The position numbers and the translations under genes are program-made. A stretch of DNA of 64,000 bases from Eledone cirrhosa (taxonomy: Eukaryota). The stretch spans positions 2,046,001 through 2,110,000 of the forward strand of contig OZ024753.1 of the NCBI GenBank assembly GCA_964016885.1. The letters are read 5' to 3'. Of this stretch, positions 51,601-62,749 are shown in pieces; positions within the stretch are counted from its first letter, which is position 1, and every line of letters begins with the position of its first letter. The notes below the pieces were generated by a model, which had not been told where the DNA came from, did no database searches, and was given only the letters and a program-made list of their open reading frames with translations.

Positions 51601-53409
51601 CACGCTTGTATGTGTCAGTATGTGTGTGTGGTGTGGGTGTATATGTTTGGGTGTGCATGGAGCTGCATGCAAATGTGTGTGTGTGTGTGTGCGTGCATGG
51701 TTGTGTGTGTCAGTGTGTATGTGTGTGTGGTGGTGCATGTGAATGTGTTGGTGTGCATGTTTGTGTGAGTGTGTGTGTGTATACACATTATTTTATTAGT
51801 ACTGTTGTTTCAGCCAAGAGTGAGTTTTTGGATTTGCCTATTCTTCTCCAGAATACAATGCATATATTTAGCAAACAGAATAATGCCAAACATCTCACAG
51901 ACATTCCTAAACTGTATTGTTGCCAAGTCTTTTCAAATAAACTATCCAAGCATTCAGCAAGATCCATCCGGGGGTGAGGGAGTGGGGGTTCATAGAACTT
52001 GTGTCTTCCTGTGACCTCAATCTTCTCATCAGTACACTTCATTGTTCACGTATGAAAGCATACTGGCTATACAATTAAGGTGCTGGACTTCTGACTACTT
52101 ATTCATGAATTTTACTATTCAAATCCTCTTGTTGTGCCCTTCAGCACATTTTACATTCGTTTTACAATCCTAACTTGGTAAAATGGTTGCAAAACAGCTT
52201 CATTATCATCATCATCATCATCATCATCACCATTGTTTTTATGCCTGTTTTTCCATGATAGCATAGGTTGGATGAGACTTTTTGAAGCAGTGTTTTACAG
52301 CTAGATGGAAACCCTTTTACTTGCTTCTTACAACATGAAGGAATGTGATGTATGTTTTCTAAAACCTGGGCAGTGGATTGGCAGAGTAATTAGAATGTGG
52401 GATAAAATGTTTTGCAGTATTTATTCCAGCGCTTTATGCTCTGAGTTCAAAACATCCTGAGGTCAACTTTAGCCTTTCATCATTTTGAGTTTAAATAAAA
52501 AAAGTACTAGTTCACTACTTAGGTCGATTCTTATTCTTTCTCTCTTTCTCACCTCCTCTCCCCCCTCTCTCTCTGTATATATATATATATATCCTCTCTC
52601 TCACTCTCCTTCTTCTCTGGAAGAAATTGGCTGTGTTCAGACCTGGGGATGGGCTCCCCTAGGTTTAAAATGCCAAAGACATGCTGTATGTCACTATTTC
52701 TGTTTGTAAAAAAATAAACTCCTAAAATGTTCATCCATTTCAGGCTCACAAAGATGATATGAACCAGCGGGTTCGGGATCTGAAAATGTTGGAGTTATAT
52801 CGCCAACAAACAAAACGAGAATGTATAATGAATATGTTAAACTCAAGTATTACCAAAGAACATGTAATCTTCCCCAGCTTTGCTGTAGCTGAATTCTTTG
52901 AGTTTGTTCTCCTCAATCCAAACAATGTACAAGAAACAATCTCTATTGAATATGATGATGATCCTGATCTCAGGTAAAGGTCTTTTTGATACAGTGTTAT
53001 AATTTGTGAAATTTACTGACTATGCTTGCTTTGCTCTAGGATTTCTGTTGTCTACTCTAAATATATGTGTAGTAGAAGTAGTAACCTATTTATAAAAGAA
53101 AATCTATTCAACTACTATGCTTCATATATCATATTTTGATGATGATGATAATGGTGACAATGATGATGATGATGATGGTGTTATCATTTCCTTTCTTTTT
53201 TTACTATTAACTTTAGCATCATAACCAATGCAGAGGAGTGGCGGTATTTTAAGTCACAGACAAATGTGACCACACCAATGGAGGAGGACATGTTTCTAGA
53301 GAGCAATGGAGAAAGAAAATGGAAGCAGATATTAATGAGACCCAAAGAAATAGTACATATACCATTCAAGTTCCAGAGTTTTACTGCTGACCATTCAGTG
53401 CACCCACAG
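14825..53409 (+). CDS. NPHP4: Nephrocystin-4 (ciliary transition-zone protein), 21 coding exons, 3705 nt / 1235 codons, C-terminus not found in window
   Basis: All exon phases chain without stops. Motifs [66 protein letters not shown] and HIPFKFQSF match remembered NPHP4 motifs in the expected order. Confidence 0.96.
16454..16664. mobile_element. piggyBac-type MITE (family A) inserted into a SINE
   Basis: Same TIRs and TTAA; splits the SINE motif TCGAT-TTAA-TTGACTTTCCC. Confidence 0.85.
17267..17625 (-). mobile_element. RTE-clade LINE 3' fragment
   Basis: Translation ...[30 protein letters not shown]..., typical of the RTE ORF C-terminus. Confidence 0.8.
19442..19606 (+). CDS. NPHP4: NPHP4 candidate alternative first exon 1b ([13 protein letters not shown]...[14 protein letters not shown]...KTK)
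   Basis: ATG preceded by an in-frame stop, donor AAG|GTATGT in phase 0, protein similarity to exon 1a. Confidence 0.65.
19954..20156. mobile_element. piggyBac-type MITE (family A), opposite orientation, degenerate
   Basis: TTAA|CCCTTTAGCATT ... GTGCTAAAGGA|TTAA. Confidence 0.75.
21878..22458. repeat. (GGT)n-derived low-complexity tract
   Basis: Long GGT/GAT/GGC triplet run. Confidence 0.95.
22525..22641. repeat. 36-bp tandem repeat, ~3.2 copies
   Basis: TGATTGAGTTGTTATTT(A/C)GTTCCAGGTCATCAAC(T/C)T. Confidence 0.9.
24483..24841 (+). mobile_element. Two head-to-tail copies of a tRNA-derived SINE (family with >15 copies or fragments in the window)
   Basis: A-box-like TGGCAGTATCGG, B-box GAGTTCAAATCCC, shared block TTTGCCTTTCATCC...GGTCGATAAAATAAAGTACCAG and ATT tail; others at e.g. 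~13085, 15440, 16295, 20380-21560 cluster, 40110, 43085, 52370, 63170. Confidence 0.85.
26663..26806 (+). CDS. NPHP4: NPHP4 exon 2
   Basis: ttcag|GTG...CAG|gtgaat; [24 protein letters not shown]...LTFNQ; phase 0-0. Confidence 0.92.
27283..27467 (+). CDS. NPHP4: NPHP4 exon 3
   Basis: [20 protein letters not shown]...[10 protein letters not shown]; phase 0-2; donor gtaagt. Confidence 0.92.
28213..28271 (+). CDS. NPHP4: NPHP4 exon 4
   Basis: [19 protein letters not shown]; phase 2-1. Confidence 0.92.
28765..28917 (+). CDS. NPHP4: NPHP4 exon 5
   Basis: ...[18 protein letters not shown]...VPGL; phase 1-1. Confidence 0.92.
30045..30253 (+). CDS. NPHP4: NPHP4 exon 6
   Basis: DPFHKPKL...[10 protein letters not shown]...ITERRLK; phase 1-0. 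Confidence 0.92.
30288..31268. repeat. 179-bp GT-rich satellite (~4.3 copies) with degenerate (GTG)n tail
   Basis: GATATG(A/G)TGG recurs at 30381, 30560, 30739 and 30918. Confidence 0.9.
32138..32311. mobile_element. Short MITE
   Basis: GTGCCGGATTTA ... TAAATCCAGCAC inverted ends, flanked by direct repeat TCTGGGGGTT. Confidence 0.55.
33370..33521 (+). CDS. NPHP4: NPHP4 exon 7
   Basis: [11 protein letters not shown]...; phase 0-2. Confidence 0.9.
33724..34185. repeat. 140-bp tandem repeat (~3 copies) of a dispersed SINE/LINE-tail segment
   Basis: CCCAGT(A/G)CACTCTG at 33724, 33864 and 34004. Confidence 0.85.
34368..34500 (+). CDS. NPHP4: NPHP4 exon 8
   Basis: LALRS...[10 protein letters not shown]; phase 2-0. 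Confidence 0.9.
35717..35968 (+). CDS. NPHP4: NPHP4 exon 9
   Basis: [10 protein letters not shown]...[13 protein letters not shown]; phase 0-0. Confidence 0.9.
36408..36502 (+). CDS. NPHP4: NPHP4 exon 10
   Basis: Strong polypyrimidine acceptor; DQSESPANV...PVQSP; phase 0-2 matches the next acceptor. Confidence 0.75.
37284..37842 (+). CDS. NPHP4: NPHP4 exon 11 (Q/H/P-rich, contains coding minisatellite)
   Basis: tttag|A CAA ATG...AAG|gttggt; phase 2-0; open throughout. Confidence 0.75.
37498..37809 (+). repeat. 27-bp coding minisatellite, 11.5 copies, encoding QQQMAPS(H/Q)H
   Basis: CAGCAGCAAATGGCACCATCACA(T/G/C)CAT repeated; the SQH variant occurs at units 2, 6 and 10. Confidence 0.95.
38152..38482 (+). 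mobile_element. tRNA-head/CORE-like SINE with RTE-like tail
   Basis: A box TGGCTTAGTGG, B box GAGTTCAATTCT, CORE-like GTGTTGTTTCCTTGAGCAAGACACTT, tail GCAAGCAGGGAAAA..GGACGT..GATGAT. Confidence 0.85.
38640..38755 (+). CDS. NPHP4: NPHP4 exon 12
   Basis: QFSSL...[13 protein letters not shown]; phase 0-2; donor gtgagc. Confidence 0.82.
39137..39328 (+). CDS. NPHP4: NPHP4 exon 13
   Basis: [15 protein letters not shown]...[10 protein letters not shown]; phase 2-2. Confidence 0.93.
40525..40620 (+). CDS. NPHP4: NPHP4 exon 14 (ends in GC donor)
   Basis: [18 protein letters not shown]; CG|GCAAGT; phase 2-2. Confidence 0.88.
40905..41210 (+). mobile_element. RTE-clade LINE 3' fragment with (GAT)n tail
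   Basis: [41 protein letters not shown]; related pieces at ~28375-28620, ~29590-29790 and ~18460-18548. Confidence 0.85.
41299..42035. repeat. 48-bp minisatellite (~11 units), interrupted after unit 1 by the hAT MITE
   Basis: Unit AGGGTAGACTGGG(G/T)GCTTTTT(GTTG/ATCA)TGGCACCAGCACTA(A/C)TGCCTTAC. Confidence 0.92.
41347..41527. mobile_element. hAT-type MITE with 8-bp target duplication
   Basis: CAGGGTTTCCCAAAC ... CTTTAGGAACCACTG flanked by CCTTACAG / TCTTACAG. Confidence 0.75.
42104..42239 (+). CDS. NPHP4: NPHP4 exon 15
   Basis: LLLCKVK...ILHKI...GSAGFE; phase 2-0. Confidence 0.85.
43266..43409 (+). CDS. NPHP4: NPHP4 exon 16
   Basis: [14 protein letters not shown]...[20 protein letters not shown]; phase 0-0. 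Confidence 0.94.
43560..43760. mobile_element. Tc1/mariner-type MITE
   Basis: TACCAAATATACTCAAATATATGCC ... GGCTTATATTTGAGTGTATATATGGTA imperfect TIRs with TA ends; related end at ~34295-34322. Confidence 0.55.
44355..44571 (+). CDS. NPHP4: NPHP4 exon 17
   Basis: [11 protein letters not shown]...[14 protein letters not shown]; phase 0-1. Confidence 0.93.
44851..44949 (+). CDS. NPHP4: NPHP4 exon 18 (NAGNAG acceptor; may start at 44854)
   Basis: ...EFHGGSL...; phase 1-1; donor gtaagt. Confidence 0.85.
45773..45987 (+). CDS. NPHP4: NPHP4 exon 19
   Basis: ...NPELGTVI...[13 protein letters not shown]; phase 1-0. Confidence 0.9.
46029..47405 (-). mobile_element. Non-autonomous Helitron-like element with nested SINE insertions
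   Basis: On - strand A|TC start, (TCTG)n near the 5' end, 3' hairpin CCCGAGC-AAC-GCCGGG followed by CTAG|T. Confidence 0.65.
46644..46984 (-). mobile_element. Same CORE-like SINE family, reverse orientation
   Basis: Near-identical reverse complement of 38152-38482. Confidence 0.85.
48417..48637. mobile_element. piggyBac-type MITE (family A)
   Basis: Same TIRs and TTAA flanks. Confidence 0.85.
49378..49928 (-). mobile_element. Three adjacent 3' ends of a non-LTR element with (ATT)n tails
   Basis: (AAT)n-GAAATTATTGTGTACAGTGCTCAGGTGCACTACAACTCATCAAA at ~49380, ~49503 and ~49773; family unassigned. Confidence 0.6.
50600..50920 (+). mobile_element. Second RTE-like LINE family 3' end with (AAG)n tail
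   Basis: YYGHVVRM...[14 protein letters not shown]; related copies at ~43990-44190 (+) and ~23450-23700 (-). Confidence 0.7.
52744..52973 (+). CDS. NPHP4: NPHP4 exon 20
   Basis: [10 protein letters not shown]...[13 protein letters not shown]; phase 0-2. Confidence 0.94.
53217..53409 (+). CDS. NPHP4: NPHP4 exon 21
   Basis: EEWRYFK...TPMEEDMF...HIPFKFQSF; phase 2-0; donor gtaagg. Confidence 0.94.
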
Positions 53410-53587
53410 GTAAGGACGTTTGTTTTAATTAGTCGATTGGAAGATGTTTTCATCAATGTTGATTTTATTTAGCAGCTGGTCAGGGTGGAGATACATATTT
53501 TATAATCTTTTACTAGTTTCAGCAATTGATTGAATAGCTGGAACACTCATTGTCACATCTGACAGAGATCTAACAATATATATATAT

Positions 53588-53904
53588 ATCATCATCATCA
53601 TCATCATTTTACGTCCGCTTTTCCCTGCTTGCAAGGGTGGGACAGGAATTGATTTCTACAGCTGGATGCCCTTCCTAACACCAACCTCATTTACAGTGAG
53701 TGCTGGGTGCTTTTTGCCGTGGCGCCTACACGTCCACTTTACAGTGGAATGATAGGGACATCTCATTTCTACAGCTGAGTAAACTCGAGCAATGTGAAAT
53801 AAAGTGTCTTGCTCAAGGAAACAACACATTACCTGGTCTGAGAATTGAACTCACAACCTTTCGATTGCAAGCCCAATGCTCTAACCACTAAGCCATGTGC
53901 CTTC
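53588..53904 (-). mobile_element. Same CORE-like SINE family, reverse orientation
   Basis: Reverse complement of 38152-38482 with small deletions. Confidence 0.85.
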
Positions 53905-54447
53905 ATATATATATATACAATATATTAACAAATGGAAACTATATTTATAAAACCATATTTATTTCATTATACATATTTCAAGGGCCACCAGAGCAAACTA
54001 TGGTGCGCTTTCATCAGATAAAATATAATATATGTTAGTTTTATAAATAAATATTGACATACCCTTAAAAAATGCAACCATTCTGGTTGGAATCTCCTGG
54101 ATAGTCATTATCATCATCATCATCATCATCACCGTTTTACGTCCGTTCTTCCACGCTAGCATGGGTTAGACGGGTTGTCCTGTTGTGGGCAATGTCTGGT
54201 CGGCTGACCATCCCTTGCTCATACAGGAACTGATTTGGCTTGATTTCTACAGCTGGATGCCCTTCCTAACACCAACCTCATTTACAGTGAGTGCTGGGTG
54301 CTTTTTCGTGGCGCCTACACGTCCACTTTACAGTGTGGGCTGGGTGCTTTTTTGCCGTGGCACCTCCACGACCACCTTGCAGTGGGAGGGTGTGGAGGCA
54401 TATTGTCTATATGTATATATATATATCTATAGTGTATATATATATAG

Positions 54448-54489
<42 letters not shown>

Positions 54490-55676
54490 TGAATTGCTTA
54501 AATACTAAATAAATAACAACTTAAATGAAAAAAAACATTATCTATTAATTAATCATACTTGCAAGAACAGTTATAAAGTAGCTATTTTATTTTTGATTTT
54601 TCATTCCACATGGGGTCAATAAAATAAAGTACCTGTAATGCACTGGGGCCAATTTAATCAACTTTCTTTTTCTCCCCAAATTGTTGCTCTTGTGCCTATC
54701 TCAGAAACCATTATTTAGATGTTATCAATGTTACTAAGAATGTGTTTCAAATCTCACTTTAACCCTTTGAGATCAACCTGTCCAACACAAAACCATTTAT
54801 TTTAACGAGTTCCTATCTAAATTAAAATGTTTCAATATAATTTCATATAAAAATGATTTGTTAAGTTACTCTCTTAATAATGAAATAATTAATTTTATTA
54901 AATCCAGAAAAATCTCATTAAAGAATTGAAATTAAGTGTATTTCATTAGAAATATGGGTATGAAAGTGTTAAATGATATAACTGTTAAATTTGTTTAAAT
55001 AACAGAAACTATCATATAATTTTAAACTTAGTTACTGTTTATGAAATGTGTCTGGAAATATTTAAATCTACAAATAAATATTGAATATGTTTGGCAAATT
55101 AAATGTCTACATAATTGGCAAGTTATTTCAATCTTATGTAAGAAGGTCGATTTAAATATTCATAGTACTGGTTTATGCACACTAAAAGAAATAAAATTTA
55201 ATTCTGGAAGAAGACATAATAATTCACTATTATTAACTACATAATATAAAATTCTGACTATTAGATAGAATAATATTTTATACTTATCCACTGCAATCCA
55301 AGTCAATCATCATCGTCATTGTCACCACTATCATCATCATCATTTTATCACCACTACCACCACCACAACTTTGATGACAATGACGATAATGACGACGACA
55401 CATTTTTATGATAACGCATTTTAAAACCTGATAGTGGCCATGCCCTCTCCAGACCTGTGTACAGCAGGATTGAGAGTAAGAAAAAAGAAGCGAGAAAGAG
55501 ATATAGGAAGAATTGATCCCAGTGCTAGACTGGTAATTTTTTTTATTGACCTTGAATGGAGGAAAAGCAAAGTTGACCTTGTAGGGATTTCAACAGAAAC
55601 AGCAAAGAGCCAGAACAAATATCACAAAGCACTCTGTCTGATGTTCAAATGACTCTGCTGATTTGCATTATATATA

Positions 55677-56304
55677 CTAGCAGAAATCCACCCTTTGGGT
55701 GGTTTTCTGCTAGGATGTGTAGTGTGTATATTGATATTATACGCATTGATATTATACATGTAGATATGATACATCAAATAAAATCGTAATTTACAATATA
55801 CACAGAAATTGAACGAAGACTGTGTTACACTCTCTTATGTAATCAGCAACGTAATCTATGATACATTAAAAAAAGACGATATTATATATCTGCTAGCATG
55901 TGTAGTGTGTATATTGATATTATACGCAAGTATATATATGCATGTAGATATGATCAAATATAATCGTAATTGACAATATGCACAGAAATTGAACGAAGAC
56001 TGTTATGTAATCAGTAACGTAATCCATGATACATTAAAAAAAGACGATATTATATATAAACTGCATTAGGAGAAAATTAGTGACGGAAATATATGAATGT
56101 TTATTTAAATGATCGCTAACCAGAAGTGTTGATATTTGAAAATTTTAAAGAAGTGAATCTTTAAATAAGTAATAAAATATATTTAATGAACAGCCACGAA
56201 ATTTAGTAGATAAATTATGTAATATTCATTCATTATTTATTCCAAGTAATCCAACTTATTTTACTAAATTATAAACCGTACGCAGTCCTGTGCTTCTTAC
56301 TTTA

Positions 56305-56340
<36 letters not shown>
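55677..56340 (-). mobile_element. Helitron-like element with terminal palindrome and ~183-bp internal tandem duplication
   Basis: CTAGCAGAAATCCACCC-TTT-GGGTGGTTTTCTGCTAG at 55677-55713; block 55707-55889 repeated at 55890-56058; far end approximate. Confidence 0.5.
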
Positions 56341-56345
<5 letters not shown>

Positions 56346-56448
56346 GACGTTAAACAAAGATGATGATGATATATAATATATACATACATATATATATAGT
56401 CATCATCATCATCATCATTTAACATCCACTTTCCACGCTAGCATTGGT

Positions 56449-56503
<55 letters not shown>

Positions 56504-56550
56504 ATATATATATATATATATGTGTGTGTATATATATATATATATATATA

Positions 56551-56599
<49 letters not shown>

Positions 56600-56858
56600 A
56601 TTAAAACAACAGAAGGCTGGCCTGAAAAATATCCCTTTAAAGTTTTAATGTTGCAAGAAAACACTATATATATTTCAATGGCCTGGTTATGTAAGAACTT
56701 GGTGACATCATCAGGTATCAATAAAAGGAATTACAGCAAACACAAACAGAGAATAGAGAATATATTTGATTCTGAGATGGTTCACAAATTCGGTGTTATT
56801 TTTGTGGCAGACCATCTCCGAATTGGTGAACCACACAACAAAAATGTATATACATTTG

Positions 56859-56942
<84 letters not shown>

Positions 56943-57349
56943 AAGAATGAAAACGGTTACAAAATATCTAAAATGTAATATCCTCCCTGACATTAGTTAT
57001 ACTAGGTATGTATAGATATACACACTGTAAAGTCGAGTAGAATTCAAGTTAAATTGTGTAAAAGTATAGATCATGATAAATTCTTTAGTAAATGTCGCCT
57101 ACTTAAATGAGTTCACATCCAAAGATTTGAACCATAAATAAATGGTATGAACCAATACTTAATGAATCTAGTCAATATTTCTATAGTACATCTTGAGATT
57201 GCTAAGTCAAGAAACGGTGAACAATAACTGGCTTAGGTAAACATTAAGGTTAGAAAGGTAGATATATAAAATAATGTATATCTATATATTTTATATTGAG
57301 GTTACAAGGTTCAGCCATAGATCACAAAGCATCCTTTTTATTACTATTT

Positions 57350-58265
<916 letters not shown>

Positions 58266-59006
58266 GTAATATAGTTAACATGAAACATTGTGAGATGTGT
58301 AATAAATGATTGATAAGTATTTCAGAAAGCCAGTATGATACTGTAGAAATATAAAGGCCAAAGGATGACAAATAAATGTTTTTCTTACCAAATATATTTC
58401 AACATGTACAAGGCAAGAAAAACATTATTTTGTTTGTTTCATTTGTCATCTTTTGCCCTTTATGTTCTATGGCAGTGTACCAGTTTTCTGAAATACTTAT
58501 CAATCATATATTATTGCGTGTATATATATAGAGATTTATAGATTTTTCCATAAATATCCAAAGTTTGTATAGCACTCAATCCGAGGAATGTGTTGTGTTA
58601 TGCAGTTATTTATTACACTAACATTATGATTCCAGATACATATGTTTCATTGACTATGTCAGGTTGACATTGTCAGATCTTCAGTTTGGCCATTTTGGAA
58701 TCGTTGTGTTCATTTATTTCTCATTAATAGAAGAGTTCTAAAGAAAGGAGGTGATTAATTAGTGGTTAGGTATGTAGTGAAGAGAGTTTAAAGGGGATAA
58801 TTCCTTTTTGTCTCTTCGTCTTGTGTAAGGTAGACAGGGTGCTTTTCAATCATGGCACCAGCACTGAGGGAGGCCGAGCAATGTGCCAGGGGATGAGTGT
58901 GTATATATATATTGAGTTAAAAATAGAAGCTTTCGCTGTATTTTGAATAAAGAAAATTAGCCTGATAGTGGGGTTTAAAACCCTCTAAATGGAAAAGGGT
59001 GAATAT

Positions 59007-59076
59007 TGACATACATGGGAGTCGAACCAATATCTTTGGTTATCCAGATCATGTGCTACCACTACACCAATATATC
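59007..59076 (-). pseudogene. tRNA-like relic (pseudogene or SINE head)
   Basis: A box TGGTGTAGTGG, B box GGTTCGACTCC; acceptor stem and D arm pair but the anticodon arm is broken. Confidence 0.4.
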
Positions 59077-59968
59077 ACCCATCCTGTTCCATTCAAATTA
59101 GAAAATATATATTCATAGTAAGTATAATAACAAAGCAAGTGTGTTGGTTTGAAGACGGTGAGTGAAGTTTGATATTGAGTAAGAAATAGAGATAGATATA
59201 TAGATAGATACATACATATATAGATAAATAGATAGCTAGGAAAATAGAAAGAGAGAGAGTGAAAGAGAGGAGAGAGAGAGATACTTAGATAGACAGATGC
59301 ATAGATATATAGATAGGGAGTGAGAGAGAAAGATTGATAGAGATAGAGATACTTAGATAGATATGTTTCTTTAGCCACAGGGGCACAAAAGAAGGGGACA
59401 AGATACTTAGATAGATAGATAGATAGAGAAAGAGAAAAAGAGAAATACTTAGATAGACAAACACATTGATATATAGACAGGAAGAGAGAAGAGAGGGAGA
59501 GAGGTGACTTTTCAAAATTTACATATCTTGTGCTGATTCTTCTGTTTGTAATTTGTAATTGACAAAATTACAATGATTCTTGATTACAAGATTGCCAAGT
59601 TCCTGAATTGTTGTGTGGCAATGGAAGAGTGTTTAATCCTTTGGTGACAGCACGCAGTTACAATGGCAAGCTGAAATATTACTTAATGAGCACCATCAGA
59701 ATCAATACACACACATACCAACATTGACAATTAACTATGCCTTCAGACAGTTATTCTAAACAATGGTACAGATGCAAGCAAGCTGTGGTTGCTCCTACTT
59801 GTCTTCTCTTAATAACTACTTTCCCCTCTCTAGTTACTGTTCCTGTACAAACAGGGCTGACACTACCATATAGGCATAATCAAACCTTGTCTAGAACATT
59901 CTTATCTACTAGGCCACTGACATGTACAATTAAGAAAAGCGAATAACCACAACCAAGCTTCTACTTAC

Positions 59969-60073
59969 TTAAATATGGAATGTTATGCAATGGGGCCCTC
60001 CCACAGCCCCGACGGACACGATGGAGAAGGCGTTTCTCCGGAGGACAGCATAGTCTGACCCTGTGCACAATGG
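59969..60073 (-). other. Candidate 105-nt exon of an unidentified antisense transcript
   Basis: Pyrimidine tract + CAG acceptor, AA|GTAAGT donor, GC/CpG-rich interior in AT-rich DNA. Confidence 0.5.
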
Positions 60074-62604
60074 CTGCCAGAAGTAAGGAGTAAAAGTGGA
60101 GTATTTAAAACAACAACAACAACAATAACAAAAATACAAAACAAAAAACAAACAAAGAAACAATGAAAAAACCCCAAAACAACAACATTGTTTTCAGTCA
60201 TCTGGACTGTCAACGTTTTCTCAGGAAGTACTTACTGGGGTGATGATGATGATGGTGATGGCAATAAGTATATGACAACAGTGTCAATGACAACAATAAT
60301 GATGGTTGATGATAGGGGTGTAGGTAGGGTGGGTGATGATGACAAGGTATGAAATTACCAGAGAGTTTCTAGCTGCTCTGTAAAATCAGTCATCTGTGAG
60401 AGAGTTGTAGAATGTCAGGTAGGGTACAGCACTGTTATACAAGTGTCTATAGACACTTGTATATTCAGTCAATGGAATGGTGAGTGGCTGAGTATCTCAT
60501 AGACACATGTACCATTAAGTTTGTTCTCAGAGAGATTCAGCCTGATGCAATGCATGACAAGACTGGCCCTTTGAATTATGGGACGAGTCCATCCTATGGG
60601 TTTCTGCACAGTTCAATTGGTCGAATCCATTGACAAGATCGCAGACCTCATTCACTTACCAAGTGGGGTGAAACTTGTCAAGTTGGATCATAGAAACAAT
60701 GTTTCTATTGGTCTTTTCATTGTTGATAATATCTACTGGTTGCAACTCCTGGCAGAAAGAGCAACATGAAATAATGTGCTTTGCTCAAGGACATAACACA
60801 TCACCCAGCCCAGGAATCGAACTCTCAACCTCAGGATTTTGAATGCAATTCACTAACTACTATGCCATCTGCCTGCACAGTTACTCTCTTCTTAATTTTA
60901 ATTGCAAGACTTGAGTCAACCTGAGGTCACACTGTGGAACCAAACCATGGACCTGATGATTGTGAAATAATCTTTTTAATCATTCAGCTGTGCACCATCC
61001 ATGATAATATCATAAGATATTATAACAAACTGTTATACTGAAATCTAGATGTGTGTAAAAACATGGTGATAAGCACTGCCTCTAAACTTCAGTTCAAGGA
61101 ATGAAGAAAGAAATTGTGCTTCATTATTAATTATAAAACGTTCACCTGCTGCTATAATCACTTTTCAGGCAGTGGCTAATGAAGATGAATACTGTGATTA
61201 TTCTTTCATTTTATTTTATTTTATTTTTTATTTCCAATGACAACATATGAAAATGAGGAAATTTACCATTTATCAATTCATCATTGCTAGAATGAAATGT
61301 AAATGTTAAATACCAAGAAGTACAAGCTTTCAAAGGTCACAGATTAGACCACATCATCCTGTTGTATTGTCATGTAAAACACCTTATATGCAAATTGACA
61401 TCCAAATTAAACCAAGAATTTATTGATCAACACTGAACTTCTCTTGCCTCCCCCCACTCTCTCTTATCCACAATGTTGTCTTGTGTTCCCTCTAACTATT
61501 GAACTTTGACCCCCACCACTTCTCCCTTTCTCCCATTAAATACAGAGAGCTAATAAATTTCCTTTCACTCACCATTTCTCCTGACATATCTGAATTGAAT
61601 TGAGGTGGTAATAAGACAACATTGTCCAAATAAGGGTGGTGGTGTATCGTGTGAGTTGATTGGCTAATTTGGCTGTAAAGATGAATTGGTTTACATCTTA
61701 TTGGTCAGACTAAATAACCATCTTCACATCTTCTACAATAGAAATTCTGATGTTCAATATTTGAAGTTTGCTGCAGAAAATATCAGGCATACATTTGTGC
61801 TCAACCTAATTTCAGCATCAAGATTGATGGCTTCATTTTCAGGGGTTGGTGACTGCCATTTACCATTCTTCCTCTGATTCTTGATTTGGTTCTACTAAGG
61901 CAATAAGTAGTGGTAGTAGTAGTAGTAGTAGTAGTAGTAATATAGTAGTCATTGGTGGTGGTAGTGGTTTCTATTTGCTTTGGTTGTTGTTGTTGGCAGT
62001 GGTTATCACATATTAGGGTTGTGTTGTGCCATTGTTGGTGGTGATGCTAGTTGTTACCACATGTTAGAGTAGTGTTATTGTTGCTATTGTCTTTGTTGTC
62101 ATCATCGCCATCATTGAGAGCGGTGGTTACCACATGTTAGGGTTGTATTTTACTATATTGTTGTTGTTATTGTTGGTTGTTGCTATAGTTGTTGCTATAG
62201 TTATTGTTAGCATTTAACTGTTTCATGGTTGTGTTTGCTTGTTTCTATGGTTCTAATGGACTGTTGCTTTTGTTCTAGGGGATTTTTATAATTCTGGTTG
62301 ATTGTTGCTATAGCAGCTAGTTGTAAATAGAATGAAGGAACCAGAAAAGTGAGAAGAGCTGCTCTATCATCCTAGTTTGTAAATCCAATTACATGACATT
62401 AACTCACACACACCTATATATATATAAATATAAATATAACCTTTACTAGCAGGGAAACGGATGTTAAAATGACAATGATGATGATATGTATATAGATATA
62501 TATAACCCTTACAAGCAGGGAAAGCAGATGATAAAACAGCACATATGATGATGATGGTGACATACATATATATGGATGCTAAACGGTCGTGATGATGATG
62601 ATGA

Positions 62605-62656
<52 letters not shown>

Positions 62657-62718
62657 TATATATGTATATATATATATGTGTGTGTGTATGTGTGAGTTTG
62701 TGAATATGTTTGTCTATA

Positions 62719-62749
<31 letters not shown>

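Noticed and set aside
59007-59076. Functional tRNA gene
   Set aside because: The anticodon arm does not pair; kept only as a relic.
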